Source: a virus
Lineage: Duplodnaviria; Heunggongvirae; Uroviricota; Caudoviricetes
Reading direction: 5' to 3' (one strand)
Length of the DNA: 64,000 bases
Virus record (IMG/VR): IMGVR_UViG_2579779105_000001
Shown piece after piece: positions 1-9,676 of this stretch (position 1 is its first letter; each line of letters begins with the position of its first letter). The notes under the pieces were generated by a model. It did no database searches and was not told the DNA's origin. It saw nothing but the letters and a program-made list of their open reading frames with translations. A program made the position numbers and the translations under genes.

Positions 1-1
1 G

Positions 2-763
2 AATAAAGCAGGTAATCAGAGCACTACCGGTAATGCCGCAACCGCAACGAAACTACAGACTGCACGCACTATCAACGGTGTTAAGTTTGATGGTTCTGCA
101 AATATTACTTTAACTGCTGCTAACCTTGGCCTGAGCGATTCAAGCGGATATGTTGGGCGTTTGGTGAATACCCAGGTTTTCACTTCATCAGGTACGTATA
201 CCCCAACCCCAGGAACAAAACGGATCAGGGTCACAATAACGGGCGGCGGTGGCGGAGGGGGCGGCTGCAAGGCATACTCGAACAGCGAGACGTTTTTCGG
301 TGCTGGCGGTGGGGCCGGTGGGACAATAATTTCAATAATGACCCCGACACAGAATAGTTATCCAGTCACTATCGGCGCAGGTGGGGCCGGTGGTGTTAGT
401 GCGACGAACGGCACCAGTGGCGGGAATAGCGTATTCGCATCGTTAATTGCTCCTGGTGGCTCAGGCGGCGGAAAGTCAGGAGTCACAAACACAAACGGTG
501 GTAACGGAGGTGTGCCGAGTACTGGCGATATCCGCATCACTGGTGGATATGGAGGCGACGGTCAGTCCGGAAATATCGGCGTCAGCGGTGAAGGCGGAAC
601 ATCGTACTGGGGCGGCGGTGGACGTGCAGGCGCTGGCGGTGGTGTTATCGGTAAAGCATATGGTTCAGGCGGAGGTGGCGCATACGATGCCGGTTATAGC
701 GGAACCAGTATGACGGGCGGGAAAGGCGCTTCAGGGATTTGTATTATCGAGGAGTTTGCATAA
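2..763 (+). CDS. tail fibre protein, C-terminal part (5' end lies outside window)
   Basis: Frame is open from the window edge; conserved tail-fibre motif KLQTARTINGVKFDGSANITL followed by Gly-rich repeats; stop overlaps the next start (TAATG). Confidence 0.75.
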   Translation, partial: NKAGNQSTTGNAATATKLQTARTINGVKFDGSANITLTAANLGLSDSSGYVGRLVNTQVFTSSGTYTPTPGTKRIRVTITGGGGGGGGCKAYSNSETFFGAGGGAGGTIISIMTPTQNSYPVTIGAGGAGGVSATNGTSGGNSVFASLIAPGGSGGGKSGVTNTNGGNGGVPSTGDIRITGGYGGDGQSGNIGVSGEGGTSYWGGGGRAGAGGGVIGKAYGSGGGGAYDAGYSGTSMTGGKGASGICIIEEFA

Positions 764-1173
764 TGAATACGTCATATGCAGTTATTGAAAATGGGATGGT
801 TGTGAATGTCATTGTCTGGGATGGCGAGGCTGAATTCACAGTGCCGGATAATCAGCAGCTCATTAATATTTCTGATATCAGTGAGCAGCCCGGAATCGGC
901 TGGGTGTATTCAGACGGGGGATTTACTGCGCCACCCACTCCGGAACGTTCTCATGATGAACTGGTAGCTGACGCTGAACAGAAAAAACAGTCGCTGATTG
1001 ATACCGCAATGGCTTCCATTAGTCTTATTCAACTGAAATTACAGGCCGGACGGAATCTTACGCATGCTGAAACCACCCGTCTTAACGCTGTGTTGGATTA
1101 TATCGATGCGGTGACCGCAACGGATACCAGCACTGCACCAGATGTCAATTGGCCAGCGTTCCCGGAGGCGTAG
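763..1173 (+). CDS. tail fibre assembly chaperone (Tfa/U-like)
   Basis: ATG at 763 with GAGGAG 8 nt upstream; size and typical Tfa C-terminus; position directly after the fibre gene. Confidence 0.7.
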   Translation: MNTSYAVIENGMVVNVIVWDGEAEFTVPDNQQLINISDISEQPGIGWVYSDGGFTAPPTPERSHDELVADAEQKKQSLIDTAMASISLIQLKLQAGRNLTHAETTRLNAVLDYIDAVTATDTSTAPDVNWPAFPEA

Positions 1174-1568
1174 TCCATTTAATGAAATATCTGGATCGCT
1201 GGAAGCATCGACTGGTTCCAGTGCATCCAGATAAGATGATTACTGTTCATGCTTCAAGAGCGAGCGCATACTGCATCCAGGCCAATCTAACTTTCATTCG
1301 ACCAGAGTGTCACCTCTCAAAAGCATTTTTTGACTCTGGTCGTTCAGCCTTTTTGCCGCTCGCCTTATCCTCAAAAATTAGCTCACATCCTGCGCTTTCA
1401 AGGGCATTTCGTTGCAAAGCGGTGTTTTGGTCATTTGTTGATATGCGAATGTATCCAATAAGCATATGTCTCCCTTGTATGCTAAGGATACGATTCTAGA
1501 AGATGTCCTGTAAGGAAATAACAAACTGACTAAGTTAGTGGCGCATTAGATGTTATTTCTGGAGGGGT

Positions 1569-1895
1569 ATGTTTGCAGATTATGAAAATCTGGCTGTAGT
1601 AGTCATAACATCCCTACTAAGTGGAACCGGCGTATTCCTTCTCGGAGTCAGAGACGGGCGCATTTCTGCGTCCCTGCTCAATCTTGCGAGTGAATTGTTT
1701 ACTGCGGTAACAGCCGGGCTTGCGGGGTATGGGGTGGCGGTTAGCCAAGAATGGCCTGAAGGTATCATTTTCTGCGTTGTTCTGATTGCCAGTAACAACG
1801 GAAGAGAAATTTTACAGGGCTTGAAGTCCAGAGCTAGTAACGTCTTGAATCTCTTAAGCGTAATAGCGAATGGGGGAAAAGGTGGAGAGAAATAA
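1569..1895 (+). CDS. small membrane protein, holin-like (P1 LydA-like by size and position)
   Basis: 108 aa with hydrophobic helices; GGAGGGG SD; sits after the fibre genes as lydA does in P1 (recalled). Confidence 0.4.
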   Translation: MFADYENLAVVVITSLLSGTGVFLLGVRDGRISASLLNLASELFTAVTAGLAGYGVAVSQEWPEGIIFCVVLIASNNGREILQGLKSRASNVLNLLSVIANGGKGGEK

Positions 1896-2341
1896 TGGGT
1901 AACTTTGGGAATTATTTCATTTTTATCATGGCATTTGTTGCCATCATTGACCGTTTCATTTTTCGTCGCAAGAGTGTTGAGATTTTGAGTATTGGTGACG
2001 CTGTAGTGAAAGAATCCGCTATAGCATTTCCTGTTTCGCTACGTGTTAAGCGAAGCTGGGTCAGCAATGCTCAAATCGAATATTGGTTGCAAGACCTGAA
2101 AAATCCATCTGTGGTTATTTCAGGGAAAACGCGACCAGTTGACGCCTCAAAACGCGGTGAGAGAGAAGAGTATTTGCTCATCGATACGAAATATCTTGAG
2201 CCAACGAAGTGGGATCTGAAAGTCACATTGACTAACGGTAACTGCCGACTGAATCCGCTTTATCGCATTTTCCCTATCAATGACTGCATAGAGCGCCAGT
2301 TTACGATCGAAAAGCGTGAAGGAGACTGGGATGTCAAATAA
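1895..2341 (+). CDS. LydB-like protein (antiholin position)
   Basis: 148 aa; start overlaps upstream stop (TAATG); positional analogy to P1 lydB. Confidence 0.35.
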   Translation: MGNFGNYFIFIMAFVAIIDRFIFRRKSVEILSIGDAVVKESAIAFPVSLRVKRSWVSNAQIEYWLQDLKNPSVVISGKTRPVDASKRGEREEYLLIDTKYLEPTKWDLKVTLTNGNCRLNPLYRIFPINDCIERQFTIEKREGDWDVK

Positions 2342-2951
2342 GAATAATTATGTTCTTCTTAATTATGATGAGTTAAACGAAAAGGGGCTGGCAAAACTCG
2401 TCAAAGAAATCAGCAAAGGTGGTTACAAGATAGCGAGGGTGATCCCTGCAAGTAATGGCAGGAAGAAAGATGGGATCATGACGCGCACGTTTACCCTTAT
2501 TGGTCTTGATGAACAGACAATGGAAGTTCAGGTTAACGATACCGGTGATATATCTGGGATCAAACTGAATGGTAAAACAGTACCGTTCAAGCCAGTAAAA
2601 ACAATGTCGGCTTTGGGGCAATCTCTTGCGGCTTTATTTAATCGCGGAGCAACTTCTTTCCAGAAGTCATTAGCTCGAAAACTTGCTCGTGCAGCAAAAA
2701 ATATTGATGACGAAAATAAGAAGCGGCAGGGAGTTAAATCCAACGCTCAGAAATTAGCTGAAGCGAAAGAATCACGTGATGCACTCCGTGAAGATATCGC
2801 TAATGCTAACGACAAACTGTCTAAACTCCAGAGCAAGTCAGACAAAGTAATGCAAGATACGGGTAACGTTAAAGCTGCCTTGTCTCAGGAAGTAGCTAAG
2901 ACACGTGCTCTTAAAGAAGAAATCGCGCGCCTGGAGGATGAGCATGATTAA
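2331..2951 (+). CDS. coiled-coil protein, Hdf-like (Dar operon position)
   Basis: ATG at 2331 with GGAGA SD; Lys/Glu-rich coiled-coil C-terminus; directly precedes DarA-like gene. Confidence 0.3.
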   Translation: MSNKNNYVLLNYDELNEKGLAKLVKEISKGGYKIARVIPASNGRKKDGIMTRTFTLIGLDEQTMEVQVNDTGDISGIKLNGKTVPFKPVKTMSALGQSLAALFNRGATSFQKSLARKLARAAKNIDDENKKRQGVKSNAQKLAEAKESRDALREDIANANDKLSKLQSKSDKVMQDTGNVKAALSQEVAKTRALKEEIARLEDEHD

Positions 2952-4869
2952 CAATCCTTTACGAATTAATATTCAGTCTACTTTTGCTGATACGATCCCC
3001 GGCTATATGCCAGGTCGCTGGTCTTCAGAAGAATTAAGCGAAGATGACCTGATTTTTGAGGCGGCGACCTTAGAAGATATTGAGCTTGCCTATATGGGCA
3101 ATGAAATTCTGGTTGTGTCTGACGAAGCTATGTTTGAGTCCATAACTACAACCAGAATTCGGTTAGCTCAAACAATGCGAGCTTTCGTCCGTGCGCTGAA
3201 TCGTGGCCTGAATGGTACGAATATTATGGCAGGGACTGATGAAGCCGGGACCGATGAAAATGGACGTAATTGTATTGGTGGTGCGATTATCGGTCGTGTA
3301 CGTCGGGTAGCTAATATCCCTGTTTTGACCGCGCAGATACCGCTTACTGACGGGCAGAGTACAAGCATAATTTTCCACTCTCCAACAGCTGACGGGGCAA
3401 AAATAAAGAGTAACGACGAGCTTGTTGCATTTCAGTTTTTACTTAATAAGCGTAACGTAACTCACGTTGTCGCCCCGATTGGCGGGAGAGATGTTTCTTT
3501 AAGCCAGGTATGCCAGGCGCTATCTAATTTGATTGAGCGTAACAGCGAAAAATTTAAGAAAGCAAAAGAGCGCCAGGACAAAATGAAGGCAGATATTGAG
3601 AGTTATCTCAATGAAGCAGATAAACTGGCAGAAGAACGGTCAATAACAATTGATCAGGTGGACGTTGCGCAACGTGGGCTGACTGAAAAGCGTGCTGCTC
3701 TTACGGAGATGCAAAAAAAACTTGATGCCCAGAAAGCCATCAACGAGGAATTACAAGAAAAACGCGATAAATTGTTGTCTGCTAAAGGTGAAAAAACGAA
3801 GGAGCGAGCGTTTAGTGACCAGCTGCGACATGTAAAACATAATCTTGCCATTGACGGAAAAACAGTGCTGGATAATGGCGCTGAAGTTAATTATGTCACG
3901 TCCGGCAGTGACAATTTCGTTACGATAGTAGCACCTGAAGGTAAATTCAGTATTGATGCCAGTGCTGTCAAAGGAGGCAGTTTGGCAGATGCTGCAACCA
4001 AATTACTTAAAGCCTACCGAGAGCATAACGCAGATAAATATAAAGTTGATGTGTTACCAGGCCAGCAGGAAGACTCCGAACCACCACAGACAGCCCCCGA
4101 GACGAACCCAGTATCACAACCAGAGAGCCAAGATGTAGGTAAATACCACTATGCACTTCAATCTCGCCCGGCTGGTGTTGGTGCTGTGCCGGATGGGAAT
4201 AAAGCCGTGCTTGATCGTCCTGACCAGGCTGATCAGTATTACGGATATGCTCGTCACGGTATCATTACGTATGACCGTAAACTGACAGATGAAGAAGTCA
4301 GCCAGTACGAGTTGCTCTATCTTCCTGATGAAGATGAGCTGAAAGATTTTGCAGGCCAATTGGTTGTGTCCAGCATGTCTAAACATATTGATGGCTATGT
4401 GGACCTGTTTGGCAGTGACCTGAAAACATTCAAGGCGCAAGTGAAAATTCTTTTCCGCAAAGCGTTTCCAAACGTGGCGTATCCACTTGGTGATGGGGAG
4501 AACCTTTTCATTATGGACGTGTATAACGCCCTTCAAAATTATTCAAGCGAAGTAAAAACAGAGCATGTGGTTGAGCCAGAATCACAACCACAACCAGCAC
4601 CAGAACAGGAGCCGGAGCCAGAAGAAGCGGGTGAATCAGCAAGTGAAGCTGATCAGGAGGCAGATAAAGCGCTGGAGTACCTGAAATCCGTGCCGGAGCA
4701 GTTTACATCCCGCGATCTGACGGTCATCAGTACTGAACTTGATCATGTACAGGAAGCAGCAAATGCTCTAATCAGTGCAGGTCGATACGACGAGAACGAA
4801 GCCACTGTGGGTGCAGCAGTTGACTACCTGATCAACATTCTGGCTGAAATTCAGCAGGGAGGTGCTTAA
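2944..4869 (+). CDS. DarA-like virion antirestriction/head-morphogenesis protein
   Basis: 641 aa from ATG 2944 (P1 DarA is about 639 aa, recalled); overlaps upstream stop; acidic C-terminal segments; call is positional, no sequence-level confirmation. Confidence 0.4.
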   Translation: MINNPLRINIQSTFADTIPGYMPGRWSSEELSEDDLIFEAATLEDIELAYMGNEILVVSDEAMFESITTTRIRLAQTMRAFVRALNRGLNGTNIMAGTDEAGTDENGRNCIGGAIIGRVRRVANIPVLTAQIPLTDGQSTSIIFHSPTADGAKIKSNDELVAFQFLLNKRNVTHVVAPIGGRDVSLSQVCQALSNLIERNSEKFKKAKERQDKMKADIESYLNEADKLAEERSITIDQVDVAQRGLTEKRAALTEMQKKLDAQKAINEELQEKRDKLLSAKGEKTKERAFSDQLRHVKHNLAIDGKTVLDNGAEVNYVTSGSDNFVTIVAPEGKFSIDASAVKGGSLADAATKLLKAYREHNADKYKVDVLPGQQEDSEPPQTAPETNPVSQPESQDVGKYHYALQSRPAGVGAVPDGNKAVLDRPDQADQYYGYARHGIITYDRKLTDEEVSQYELLYLPDEDELKDFAGQLVVSSMSKHIDGYVDLFGSDLKTFKAQVKILFRKAFPNVAYPLGDGENLFIMDVYNALQNYSSEVKTEHVVEPESQPQPAPEQEPEPEEAGESASEADQEADKALEYLKSVPEQFTSRDLTVISTELDHVQEAANALISAGRYDENEATVGAAVDYLINILAEIQQGGA

Positions 4870-5237
4870 TGACCATCTCTGTTTTAGACCGCCTGAAATT
4901 AGGTAAAGAGCTATCAGATCTAATGCAGGCGCAGAAAACTGCGCCAGTATTGCAACGCGTCACCATTGGTAAGCAGATTGTTGATGTGATGCTGAAATTG
5001 GGCCTGGGGACTGCCGCGCAACCGGCAGCGGAACCGCAACAACAGACTGATCCTGTTGTAGATGAAGTCCCTAAGATAGTGACTGACTTCCTGGGCGGTG
5101 TGTTCACAAAGTCCACACAAATGGAATTTATTGATGCGCTGCGTGGGATCTCAAACTATGTTGGCGAGTTCCTTACGTTGGAGCAGGCTAAAGTACAGAC
5201 CATAAGCTGGGTGAAAGCCAACGGTTATGCCGGGTAA
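4869..5237 (+). CDS. small protein in DdrA position
   Basis: 122 aa; ATG overlaps DarA-like stop (TAATG). Confidence 0.3.
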   Translation: MTISVLDRLKLGKELSDLMQAQKTAPVLQRVTIGKQIVDVMLKLGLGTAAQPAAEPQQQTDPVVDEVPKIVTDFLGGVFTKSTQMEFIDALRGISNYVGEFLTLEQAKVQTISWVKANGYAG

Positions 5238-5240
5238 TCA

Positions 5241-5270
5241 AAAGGGGGTGAAATCCCCCTTTCACTTCTC
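5241..5270 (+). terminator. hairpin AAAGGGGGTGAAATCCCCCTTT, candidate terminator
   Basis: Perfect 8-bp stem immediately after the 4869..5237 stop; downstream tract only moderately T-rich. Confidence 0.35.
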
Positions 5271-5424
5271 TGTTCTCACATAAATCACACTCTTTTTACA
5301 CTCACAGCTTTCTCTATAGTTGGAGTGTATTTTGAACAAATCAGTTACTTCTGCGCTTTCCGAGGCCGCAGATATTAACAGCGTCATTGCTCTGGTTTCT
5401 TCATTAGAGAGGAAAGAAACACGC

Positions 5425-6717
5425 ATGGGGCGAAGTAGCTACGTAGTCACCAGCAAAGGCGCAGAGGTAAAGACGGCTTTTAAGGTCGTTGATGCCAGCA
5501 GTCTAATCATTTCGAACAACCTTGACGGTACGATTAACCCGGCCTTCCCGGAAGAACTCCAACCACGAGATCGTACCCGGCTATCCAGCAAACTCCAGGT
5601 TAACCGTATTGCCTCCGATTTACGCCCGGCACAATTAACGGATTCCGGTATGAGCAGCCACGGAGCGCCGATAGTTGGTGCGGACAACGTTGTTGAATCC
5701 GGCAACGGAAGGAGTATGGGTATCTGGCGTGCCTATGAGCAAGGACAGGCGGATGAGTATCGCCAGTACCTGATCGACCATGCGAAAGAGTTTGGTCTGA
5801 ATCCTGACGAAATTTCGCAAATGTCTATGCCCGTACTGGTGCGAGAAAGACTCACAGATGTAGACCGCGCTCAATTTGCCCGCGATTCAAACATTAGCGA
5901 TCTGCAAGAGATGGCAGCAAGTGAAAAAGCGTATGCGGATGCGCAATTTCTCACTGAGAGCGTCATGGCGCTATTTAATCCTTCAGATGATGGAAATCTG
6001 CTGGCGCGGTCCAATGATGCGTTTATTCGTGCGTTTTTGCGCGAAATTGGCGATACAGCGACGGCAGGCTTGCTTACTGCCGATGGGCGTCCCACGAAAC
6101 AGCTTATCGATCGCATCCAGAATGCAATTTTTGCCAAAGCGTACAAGGATGAAAGGCTTGTTCGGCTGGTGTCGGAAGAGCCAGATCCGGAAATGCGTAA
6201 TATCCTGACCGCATTAAATACGGCAGCCAGCGATTTTGCGCAAATGCAGTCGCTGTCTGGCGACGCTCACCATGACGCAGTAACAGGCTTAGTGGACGGT
6301 ATAGAGCAGGTTAATGGCCTGGATACACAGGCGATAGCAGCACTCCAGGAAGCAATCAATCTTGTACGTGAAGCCAAAGACAACGGTCAGGCCGTTGAAG
6401 AAGTGATCGCCCAAAGGGGGTTATTCGGTGACAGTACACCGGAAGCTGAGGCATTGGCGCTATTCATCGTAGCAAATAATCGCAGTGCGAAGCGTATGGG
6501 GGCAGCATTCAAAAAAATGGCGCAAAAAATCAACGACGAGCTGACTCATAAACAACAGGCATTGGGCGATATGTTCGGCGGTGGCGATGTTGATCTGCGT
6601 CGTATTTTGTCTGCTGTATCTGATGAAATTGAGGGTGAATTTGGCGAAGGGAAAGGTCTGAACTTTGCTATGTTTGAAAATTCTACAGTTCTAAATAATT
6701 GCCGTATGGGAAACTAA
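5425..6717 (+). CDS. hypothetical protein in Dar/head gene block
   Basis: Track ORF 5320..6717 begins at TTG; the in-frame ATG at 5425 has a GAGAGGAAAG SD; no domain recognised. Confidence 0.5.
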   Translation: MGRSSYVVTSKGAEVKTAFKVVDASSLIISNNLDGTINPAFPEELQPRDRTRLSSKLQVNRIASDLRPAQLTDSGMSSHGAPIVGADNVVESGNGRSMGIWRAYEQGQADEYRQYLIDHAKEFGLNPDEISQMSMPVLVRERLTDVDRAQFARDSNISDLQEMAASEKAYADAQFLTESVMALFNPSDDGNLLARSNDAFIRAFLREIGDTATAGLLTADGRPTKQLIDRIQNAIFAKAYKDERLVRLVSEEPDPEMRNILTALNTAASDFAQMQSLSGDAHHDAVTGLVDGIEQVNGLDTQAIAALQEAINLVREAKDNGQAVEEVIAQRGLFGDSTPEAEALALFIVANNRSAKRMGAAFKKMAQKINDELTHKQQALGDMFGGGDVDLRRILSAVSDEIEGEFGEGKGLNFAMFENSTVLNNCRMGN

Positions 6718-6781
6718 ACCAACCGCTGAAATCACATACTGATTATGCTGCCGCAAAACTGGAAACAATTTGCGGTGATTC

Positions 6782-8464
6782 ATGGCAACGAAAGACAAAA
6801 ATAAAGGCTTTCTGTCAGCATTGAAGAAAGCCTTCAACGGTGGTGATGTTACGCCCGCCGATCCGGTCGTTTTTACGAGCGGACATAGTGTCGTTGCTCG
6901 TTCCGGCCTGTCTGCTTTACGTCCAGGCATCCTGGGGAGCAATAGCGATGGCATGACGAGTGAGGCAGATTCAATTTCTTTATCCGCTGAACTGCCCGGC
7001 GAGCGCCTGCAAAAGTACAACATCCTGGAAACGATGGCTAAAAGCCCGACTATCTCGACGGCTTTAAACATTCACATTGCACATGCGCTTGCGCCTTCAA
7101 AAAAAACCGGACAGGCATTCATCCTTTCGCCAAAGGATGGTTCCGATGCCGAGGCAGTAAGTAGATGTGAAGAGTTAACCGCTGATTTGGGGGCGATGAT
7201 TAATGACGGACTTCCTTCATGGGCCATGATCATGGCGATCTTTGGGGTGTCTTATGTCCGACCTTATGCTGAACAGGGCAGGGGGATAACAGGCATTGAG
7301 TCCAGTTATTACACTCTGCCACATTTCGTCCAGGAATTTTATCGCGGTAGCCAGCTGGTTGGATTCAGTGGTGATTACATCCTGGATACGCATAGTTTGC
7401 GCAGAGTAATAACCGAACCGTGGAATCTGGTTTCCATGAAAAATCCCTATTGGACGCCACAGCATAAAGTTATTCCGGTTAGCTACGGCACAAAAGGGTA
7501 CTCACTGTTAAGTGATCAGGCTGATAAGCCGTTAATGGAGACGCAGAATTACGGAACTTCATTCCTGGAATACAGCTATGAACCTTACCTTAATTTATGT
7601 GCTTCGCTCGCCGCGCTGAAATCAACGCGAAATAATGCAGCCAAAATTGACCGCCTGATTGCTCTTACGACGAACACACTGGACCCGGTTAATGCGGCGA
7701 ACTATACGCGTGGCGTCAGCCAGGCATTGAAGCGTCATAGTGACCTGGTGGCGCAAAGGTCGATTAATGCTAACGCTATTCCGACTGTGCTTAACCATCT
7801 GATACCTGTTATGGGGGACGGGAAGAACGGCATCACCATTGATACGCAATCTATACCCGCAGATATCAGTGGTATCGAAGACGTTATGTTTCACCTCCGG
7901 CAGCTTGCTGCAAGCCTCGGCATTGACGCAACAATGCTTGGCTGGGCGGATCAGATGAGCGGAGGGCTTGGAGAAGGCGGCTGGCAGCAAACTGCTATCC
8001 AGGCTGCATTGCGTGCGAACTGGATCAGACAGGCCGCCCAGCGAACTATTTATCGGCTTCTGGACATTCACCTCGCTTATAAATACGGCAAGGTTTACAC
8101 CGAAACAAACCGCCCTTATGACGTGCAATTCAACTCAATGAACACTGCTATTCAGGAAGAGGAAAACCGGGAACTGGATGCACGCGCTAACTTTGTTGCT
8201 GTCATCTCGCAAATAATGGACCAGATCCAGAACAACCCGAAACTGGCTGGTAGTGACGCGTTTATGCGTTATCTGTTCACCGAGCAGTTGCACATCGACG
8301 ATGACACTCTCAACACCATGATCAAAGAGTTTAAGGCGAATGAATCAGAGCAAAACAACGAGCATGGTATGTACGAATCCGCGCCGTTGTCGTCCGGTGA
8401 CGATCCGGAAAACTGGACGCCAGAACAGTTAATAAACTTTGCAAAATTTGTGATGAGCAATTAA
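6782..8464 (+). CDS. hypothetical structural protein, possibly portal
   Basis: 560 aa, portal-sized, next to a possible protease gene; no motif-level confirmation. Confidence 0.3.
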   Translation: MATKDKNKGFLSALKKAFNGGDVTPADPVVFTSGHSVVARSGLSALRPGILGSNSDGMTSEADSISLSAELPGERLQKYNILETMAKSPTISTALNIHIAHALAPSKKTGQAFILSPKDGSDAEAVSRCEELTADLGAMINDGLPSWAMIMAIFGVSYVRPYAEQGRGITGIESSYYTLPHFVQEFYRGSQLVGFSGDYILDTHSLRRVITEPWNLVSMKNPYWTPQHKVIPVSYGTKGYSLLSDQADKPLMETQNYGTSFLEYSYEPYLNLCASLAALKSTRNNAAKIDRLIALTTNTLDPVNAANYTRGVSQALKRHSDLVAQRSINANAIPTVLNHLIPVMGDGKNGITIDTQSIPADISGIEDVMFHLRQLAASLGIDATMLGWADQMSGGLGEGGWQQTAIQAALRANWIRQAAQRTIYRLLDIHLAYKYGKVYTETNRPYDVQFNSMNTAIQEEENRELDARANFVAVISQIMDQIQNNPKLAGSDAFMRYLFTEQLHIDDDTLNTMIKEFKANESEQNNEHGMYESAPLSSGDDPENWTPEQLINFAKFVMSN

Positions 8465-8477
8465 CCGGAGGGAAATA

Positions 8478-9476
8478 ATGCAATCACTGAATACTGTTAC
8501 GGATCGCTTCTCCCTGGTAGAGAAAATCCGCAAACACACACCGCAGAACAACCGAAATTACGTCATTCAGTCGGTACGAGACACATTCAACTCGCCAGAA
8601 ACAAAAGAGCGTATCGCGCTGGGTGAGATGTATGGTTATTACGGTCATGGTCGCCGGGCGATGCACTATAACAAAACGAAAAGCCTGAACTTGCCGGAAG
8701 TCTCTGTTGTGATGGTAGATGGGAAGGCTGTTGTATTGGAGAACGTGCCGTCAAACAGGACTATCGACATTTCGATTGACGACAACGGCATTGTTACTCA
8801 TACGCAGGAAATACTGGATACAGACACCGGGCGTATTGTTCAGGGCATGATTAATTCTGGTGCTGGTGGTTGGTCGTGGGCTACATCTGGTCCAGATTCA
8901 TCGGTATCCCTGGTAAAGTCTTTCCACGGCTTTGATTACGTAACTGTGCCTAACTATATCAGCCTCGACAAGAAAAGCCTGATGCTTGAAGCAGCAGAAG
9001 AGCGCGATGCGGCTATTCATGCAGCACTTATCGAACAAGGTTTTACCGATAACGCTGCTACGGATCTGGTTCACCACTTTTCAGCAATGAAAAACCAGCA
9101 AGCCATGCTCGAATCTGCACATCGTGAAGCCCTGGAATCAGAATTGATGCTCCTTGAAGTGGAAAACATACAGCTTCGAGATAAGCTGCGCGCTCAAACA
9201 GCGATGATGGAAAGCCAGGGGGAAAATGCAAAGCAATGCCGCCGGATTTTGCGTGACGCTATCCAGGAAATGCCTGTTTTTATCAGCGCAGAACAGCGCC
9301 GGGCGCTCTGCCGTATGCAGTCTGAAGATGATGCCCGCATAGTGGCTGCGATGCTTGAATCTCTTGGGGCAAATGCTACTTATGGCTTACCGGTATCAGG
9401 CAAGAAAGAACCAGAGTTATCACCGAAGGAGAACAAAAACACCACCCCGTTACTCTTCGTTTCGCGACGGGCATAA
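8478..9476 (+). CDS. hypothetical protein, possibly prohead protease/scaffold
   Basis: 332 aa with GGAGGG SD; C-terminal coiled coil; position after the possible portal. Confidence 0.3.
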   Translation: MQSLNTVTDRFSLVEKIRKHTPQNNRNYVIQSVRDTFNSPETKERIALGEMYGYYGHGRRAMHYNKTKSLNLPEVSVVMVDGKAVVLENVPSNRTIDISIDDNGIVTHTQEILDTDTGRIVQGMINSGAGGWSWATSGPDSSVSLVKSFHGFDYVTVPNYISLDKKSLMLEAAEERDAAIHAALIEQGFTDNAATDLVHHFSAMKNQQAMLESAHREALESELMLLEVENIQLRDKLRAQTAMMESQGENAKQCRRILRDAIQEMPVFISAEQRRALCRMQSEDDARIVAAMLESLGANATYGLPVSGKKEPELSPKENKNTTPLLFVSRRA

Positions 9477-9490
9477 CCGTCGAATGAAAT

Positions 9491-9506
9491 CAAATTTCTA
9501 ACATAG
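9491..9506 (+). promoter_or_regulatory. operator-like motif AAATTTCTAACATAG
   Basis: Member of the recurrent TTTCTAACA(T) motif family, upstream of the RepL-like gene. Confidence 0.45.
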
Positions 9507-9593
9507 TGTATTTATATACACTGTTGATTCTGTCCGATGTGATCGAGTAGGATCGCGGTCACTGCTCCGGTAGCGACTGCCAAAAAAAGCAAA

Positions 9594-9616
9594 AGCCGCT
9601 GAGAAGCGGCTTTTTG
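9594..9616 (+). terminator. rho-independent terminator
   Basis: AGCCGCT-GAGA-AGCGGCT hairpin followed by TTTTT. Confidence 0.6.
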
Positions 9617-9676
9617 GTGTATAAATCCACTGGCATAGATTTATACGGTAGATAGATTTTTTCACGGAACTATCTG

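Noticed and set aside
1149-1499. Track ORF (116 aa)
   Set aside because: Cys/Arg/Ser-rich low-complexity translation with no SD, overlapping the end of the assembly gene; most likely non-coding leader of the lyd-like operon.
1174-1568. Invertible tail-fibre segment (cin/cix-type) downstream of the fibre genes
   Set aside because: Only a 7-nt CCTGTAA resemblance to a Din-family crossover site; no invertase gene and no inverted fibre remnant on the minus strand.
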